A DNA stretch of 39,510 bases from Reclinomonas americana ATCC 50394 (lineage: Eukaryota): assembly GCA_048213135.1 (NCBI GenBank), contig PS015026.1, positions 300,526-340,035 on the forward strand, given 5' to 3'. This document shows, one piece after another, positions 35,771 to 39,510 of this stretch. Positions within the stretch are counted from its first letter, which is position 1, and the number at the start of each line of letters is the position of its first letter. The notes under the pieces were generated by a model. The model saw nothing but the letters and a program-made list of their open reading frames with translations. It searched no databases and was not told the DNA's origin. The translations under genes were made by a program, and so were the position numbers.

Positions 35771-37425
35771 CTATGAGGGAGCACCGGCCTTCTTGTGACC
35801 GCCAAAGGAGAAGCGGTCGCCGAGGGTGGCGGCGGTGTCGGGCGACTTGGTGGCCGGCGAGAAGAGACCGAACTGGGTCACGGGGTCGCGCAACCAGCCC
35901 TCGCACGGAGGTCGCATGTTCATCAGGGCCAGCTCGTTTGGGATGGCCATCTCGTCCATCGGCGGCTTGACAGGGAACTCGTGTGTCACGCTGCGTGCGC
36001 TTGCCAGTGGACTGCACCAGCAGTCAGCGCCTCATCCTGCGGTAAAAAAAGGGAACAGCACACCGACCTTTCATCCGCAGGCTCGTCACCGTCGGCACCG
36101 GCTTTGCGGGTGGCCACAGCACAGCGCCCGATCCGCGCATGCTGCTCAACGCCTTGCTCTTGCTCTTGCGCAGCACACGCGCCGGATCGGCGGCATCTGC
36201 CGCTGCCTCGGCCGCCTCCGCCTCCACTCGCCTCCTCTCCTGCTCCGCACGCTGCGCCTGCACAATACGCGCCTCGTGCTCATCCGCCGCACGCTGCAGC
36301 ACCGCGGCAATCCGCGGCGACTCTCGCTCCGTCCGCAACGCCTGCAAGTGCGACAGCAACTCACTCTCGTCCTCGCCGAGGAACTCGGGCNNNNNNNNNN
36401 NNNNNNNNNNNNNNNNNNNNNNNNNNNNNNNNNNNNNNNNNNNNNNNNNNNNNNNNNNNNNNNNNNNNNNNNNNNNNNNNNNNNNNNNNNNNNNNNNNNN
36501 NNNNNNNNNNNNNNNNNNNNNNNNNNNNNNNNNNNNNNNNNNNNNNNNNNNNNNNNNNNNNNNNNNNNNNNNNNNNNNNNNNNNNNNNNNNNNNNNNNNN
36601 NNNNNNNNNNNNNNNNNNNNNNNNNNNNNNNNNNNNNNNNNNNNNNNNNNNNNNNNNNNNNNNNNNNNNNNNNNNNNNNNNNNNNNNNNNNNNNNNNNNN
36701 NNNNNNNNNNNNNNNNNNNNNNNNNNNNNNNNNNNNNNNNNNNNNNNNNNNNNNNNNNNNNNGACTCCAGCACCTCGCGCCCACGATCCACATCACCCCA
36801 GATGGCCGCCTTCAGTGCATCTGAGCTCACACGCGTGAGGAGCGAACCACGATGGAACTCTCTGCAGGCACAGACGAACACACCGAGGCTCTCAAAGTTC
36901 TTCTCTGGTCGCAAGTACGTGGTCACCACTAGCCGCAGATGCCGCTCATACAGATCGCAGCCGAACTCGTGCAGAATGTAAGGCTCCTGCAGCAGGAGAC
37001 GAGTGAGTTGCTCTTCTCATGCTCTCTCTCTCTCGCTCTCTTGCCTCACTCAACAATGGTCTTGTGTTGATTGTGGAAGTAGGGGTTCCAGCCAATGCTC
37101 AACACGGCCTTGTATACGGGTCCATTGTCGACACGTGCCCACGCAGCGTAGATGCCAGTGGAGGTGCTCTCGTCGGCCAACTCTGACTCGTTGCCCTCCA
37201 GTGGAATGTTGGCTGCCACAGTGTGTGAGAGAGGGAGTGTGTGAGAGGAGAGAGAGAGAGCACACCTGTGGGGATGCCAAGCAGCGAGCTTCCTCTGCCA
37301 AAGCCACGCACGATCTCACCCTGTGTGTGCATGTGAGACATGTGTGAGACATGTGTGTGCGTGTGTGTGTGCGTTTGCACCTGCAGCAGCAGTGGCTTTG
37401 CGAGTGTGTGCTCTCCTTCGCTCAT
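35771..37425 (-). CDS. RFK: Riboflavin kinase (core at 36763-37425) with a probable C-terminal extension (35771-36390)
   Basis: Spliced GEIVRGFGRGSSLLGIPTAN...GIYAAWA...VLSIGWNPYFHN...EPYILHEFGCDLY...YLRPEKNFESLDALKAAIWGDV contains all flavokinase motifs (PTAN, catalytic Glu, LRPE). The link to the extension crosses a gap. Confidence 0.9.
36391..36762. other. Assembly gap (N run)
   Basis: Run of N. Confidence 1.
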
Positions 37426-37483
37426 TCGAGGACTGATTGTGATCGGGGACGACTCGGAGATCGCGAAGTGTGCTCGGACTTTA

Positions 37484-39398
37484 CTAATCGTGGTCGTCCA
37501 GGTCGTCCATGTCCCAGTCGGAGTCGCTGTCTGTGCACATGCAAAGGTTTGTGAGCGTCGATTTGTGATCGGGCGGTAAAGGAAGACGAAAGAAGTCACC
37601 TTGCGATCGCGAAGTCGATCGAGGGCGTTCGGGAGACGAGAGACCGGGGAGGTTGGAGCCGCTTCGCTGCTGCTGTAGCGCCTGCAGAGCGAGTAGTCGC
37701 GGGCTTGGATCGTCCGCCGATGGCACGGGCAGTGGAGCCTCGGGGACAGGCGGGAGAGGCATCGGGCTTCGAGATCTGCAACAAGCGACACGGTCGGTCG
37801 ATTGCACCCGCTGCTGTGGAGGCACGACTCCCCGAGCTCGACAACAAACCTCCCAATGTCCTTTCGCGGCGACGGGCTGGTGGCACTGACACCGGCAGCT
37901 GCTGGCACCTGCACCCGTCCAGGAGGTAAGTCGTGATCCAGTGACGGGATAGCATTTCAGAAAACGCAACAGCCGGCAGCGCTCCATACTCGGCCTTCAC
38001 ATCGGGTCGCGAAGAGGCACGCCCGGCCGATCCCACACGCTGCGAAGAGTTGCGCGAGGGCGGTGGCGAATTGGTCGGCGTGCGCGTTGGCGACAAGCCA
38101 TGCCGAGCCGGATCAATGCTGCCATCATCAACCTCTGTCGTCAGCACAGAGCGACCACTCTCAACAGACACACAAACAAACCCAGTCTTTTGCAACAACT
38201 GCTTCAGTCGCTCGTCAGTGCGTCGACTGATCTGCGTACATCGCGCATCGACCATGCCCCACATCTTTTGCTGCCGATCGCGAATCGCCCCGAGACTGCC
38301 AACGCAGTAAGCGCGACGCACATCATCACCATCGACACGACGAATCCTCACCGGAGGGTGGAGAGATCCGAGAGCGACTGATGCACTTTCTGACGCAGCT
38401 GCTCCAGCTCATCCGCAATCATCTTCTCCACGTCGTCGAAATGCACACTCCGACCCGGCGCCGCCTGCACCACGCCCACACCACGATCAGTACCAGCTTA
38501 CCCTCTCCTGTGTTCTTCTCCTCCCCCCATCCCACCTTCTTTTGCTCGCTCTTGGCCGCGGGTGGAGCGACGGCCAGTGGCGGCAAAGGTGCCGGCGCGG
38601 CATTCTTTGGCGATTCAGCCTGCCGCGGACTTGTGGAGTTGGAGCTCGACGCAGAGCCGCTGCCTCTCCGCGGCGACTCCGAGGGCGTTCGCTTGACGAG
38701 CGTGCGTCGAGTGGCGCCCGCGCTGCCGCCCGCCGCCACCGCCGACACCACATTCTCGAACGGCGGACGCGATTTCGGAGGCGAAGTGGTGGCCAGTGCG
38801 GCAGCCACCTGCCGCGACACCGCCTCGGGATCAATGTCGTCCTCGGACCACGCGTCGACCTCCACGCAAATGTCCTGCGTCAACCCCAGAGTACTGGAGG
38901 TGAGCCGCAAAAAACCAACCAAGCACCTCAGATCACACTGACCGGCAACAGTGACAGGATGCCCTGCTTGCCTTCCTCGACTGTGCTGGGTGCGTACTGG
39001 CTCGCACTCGGTCCGACCCACGTGAGCAGTGCAAAACGCGAGTGTCGACCGTACTCCTCCGGCGCAAACACGCGAATGAGCGCGTACTGGATCTGTGTCA
39101 TTCAGAAGTTGTGTGTAAGATGATCAATCACTTACAGTCGCTCTCTCGTGCCACACACCTTGGCAAAGTGCAAGTGCTCTGTGATCTCTGACATGACGGA
39201 GCTCACGTGGCGCGACCGGCCCTTGTCGATCAGCTTGACGAGGCGATCGTGCACCTGTGTGACCGTTAGACAGTGTGTGTGTTGTCTCGTTCTCTCTCCT
39301 CTCTCTCGTCGCACCTCAAACACAAGATAGTTGACATGGTTCTCGTAAAACTCTTCCACAGCACGCAGCTCGGTCGTCGACGCAAACGTGGCTGTCAT
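37484..39398 (-). CDS. ADF-H (coactosin/Abp1/drebrin-like) domain protein with coiled coil, Pro-rich segments and acidic C-terminus; multi-exon
   Basis: VNYLVFE...IQYALIRV...SRFALLTWVGPS...DICVEVDAWSEDDIDPEAV matches the ADF-H pattern. Phase-consistent exons end DSDSDWDMDDLDDHD*. Confidence 0.78.
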
Positions 39399-39510
39399 CA
39401 CTCCACCTTTTCTCTACTCTTCCCCCAATAATAATCGATCGATCTGCAATCCAATTCATGCGCTTTCACTCCCTTCCTCCACTGCGCGTCTCACTTTTCT
39501 CCGCCCGCCC

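Noticed and set aside
37099-37914. ADF-H/riboflavin kinase fusion suggested by one continuous ORF
   Set aside because: Splice phases of the upstream exons select the other frame, which stops at 37484. Kept only as a possible minor isoform.
38135-38182. Apparent GG-AG non-canonical intron in the ADF-H gene
   Set aside because: One over-called G in GGG would give a normal phase-1 GT donor, and the segment is also open in frame.

Overview
Gene-dense, GC-rich eukaryotic (protist-like) DNA with many short GT-AG introns (mostly about 45-110 nt), microsatellites and seven N-gaps. The six-frame ORFs are fragments of about 11 spliced genes, which I reconstructed by hand. In order: an atypical Rho/Rac GTPase (+, 5' end outside the window); a VWA5A-like VIT-vWA gene (-); a giant intracellular protein with about 20 FN3/FN3-like repeats and a C-terminal GAS2/GAR motif (-, one internal contig scaffolded in reverse); a large disordered, probably nuclear protein (+); an LtrA-family membrane protein (-); a berberine-bridge-like FAD oxidase (+); a KCBP-type C-terminal-motor kinesin-14 (-); a UCP/OGC/DIC-type mitochondrial carrier (+); a small Pro/His-rich protein (+); a riboflavin kinase with an apparent long C-terminal extension (-); and an ADF-H protein ending in an acidic-Trp motif (-). 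The most notable items are the FN3-rod/GAR architecture with its micro-exon-linked variant repeat, and the very frequent GTTGCG(T) 5' splice sites. Several large gaps appear to be of zero length. Exon borders are manual inferences without RNA data, and no database searches were run.
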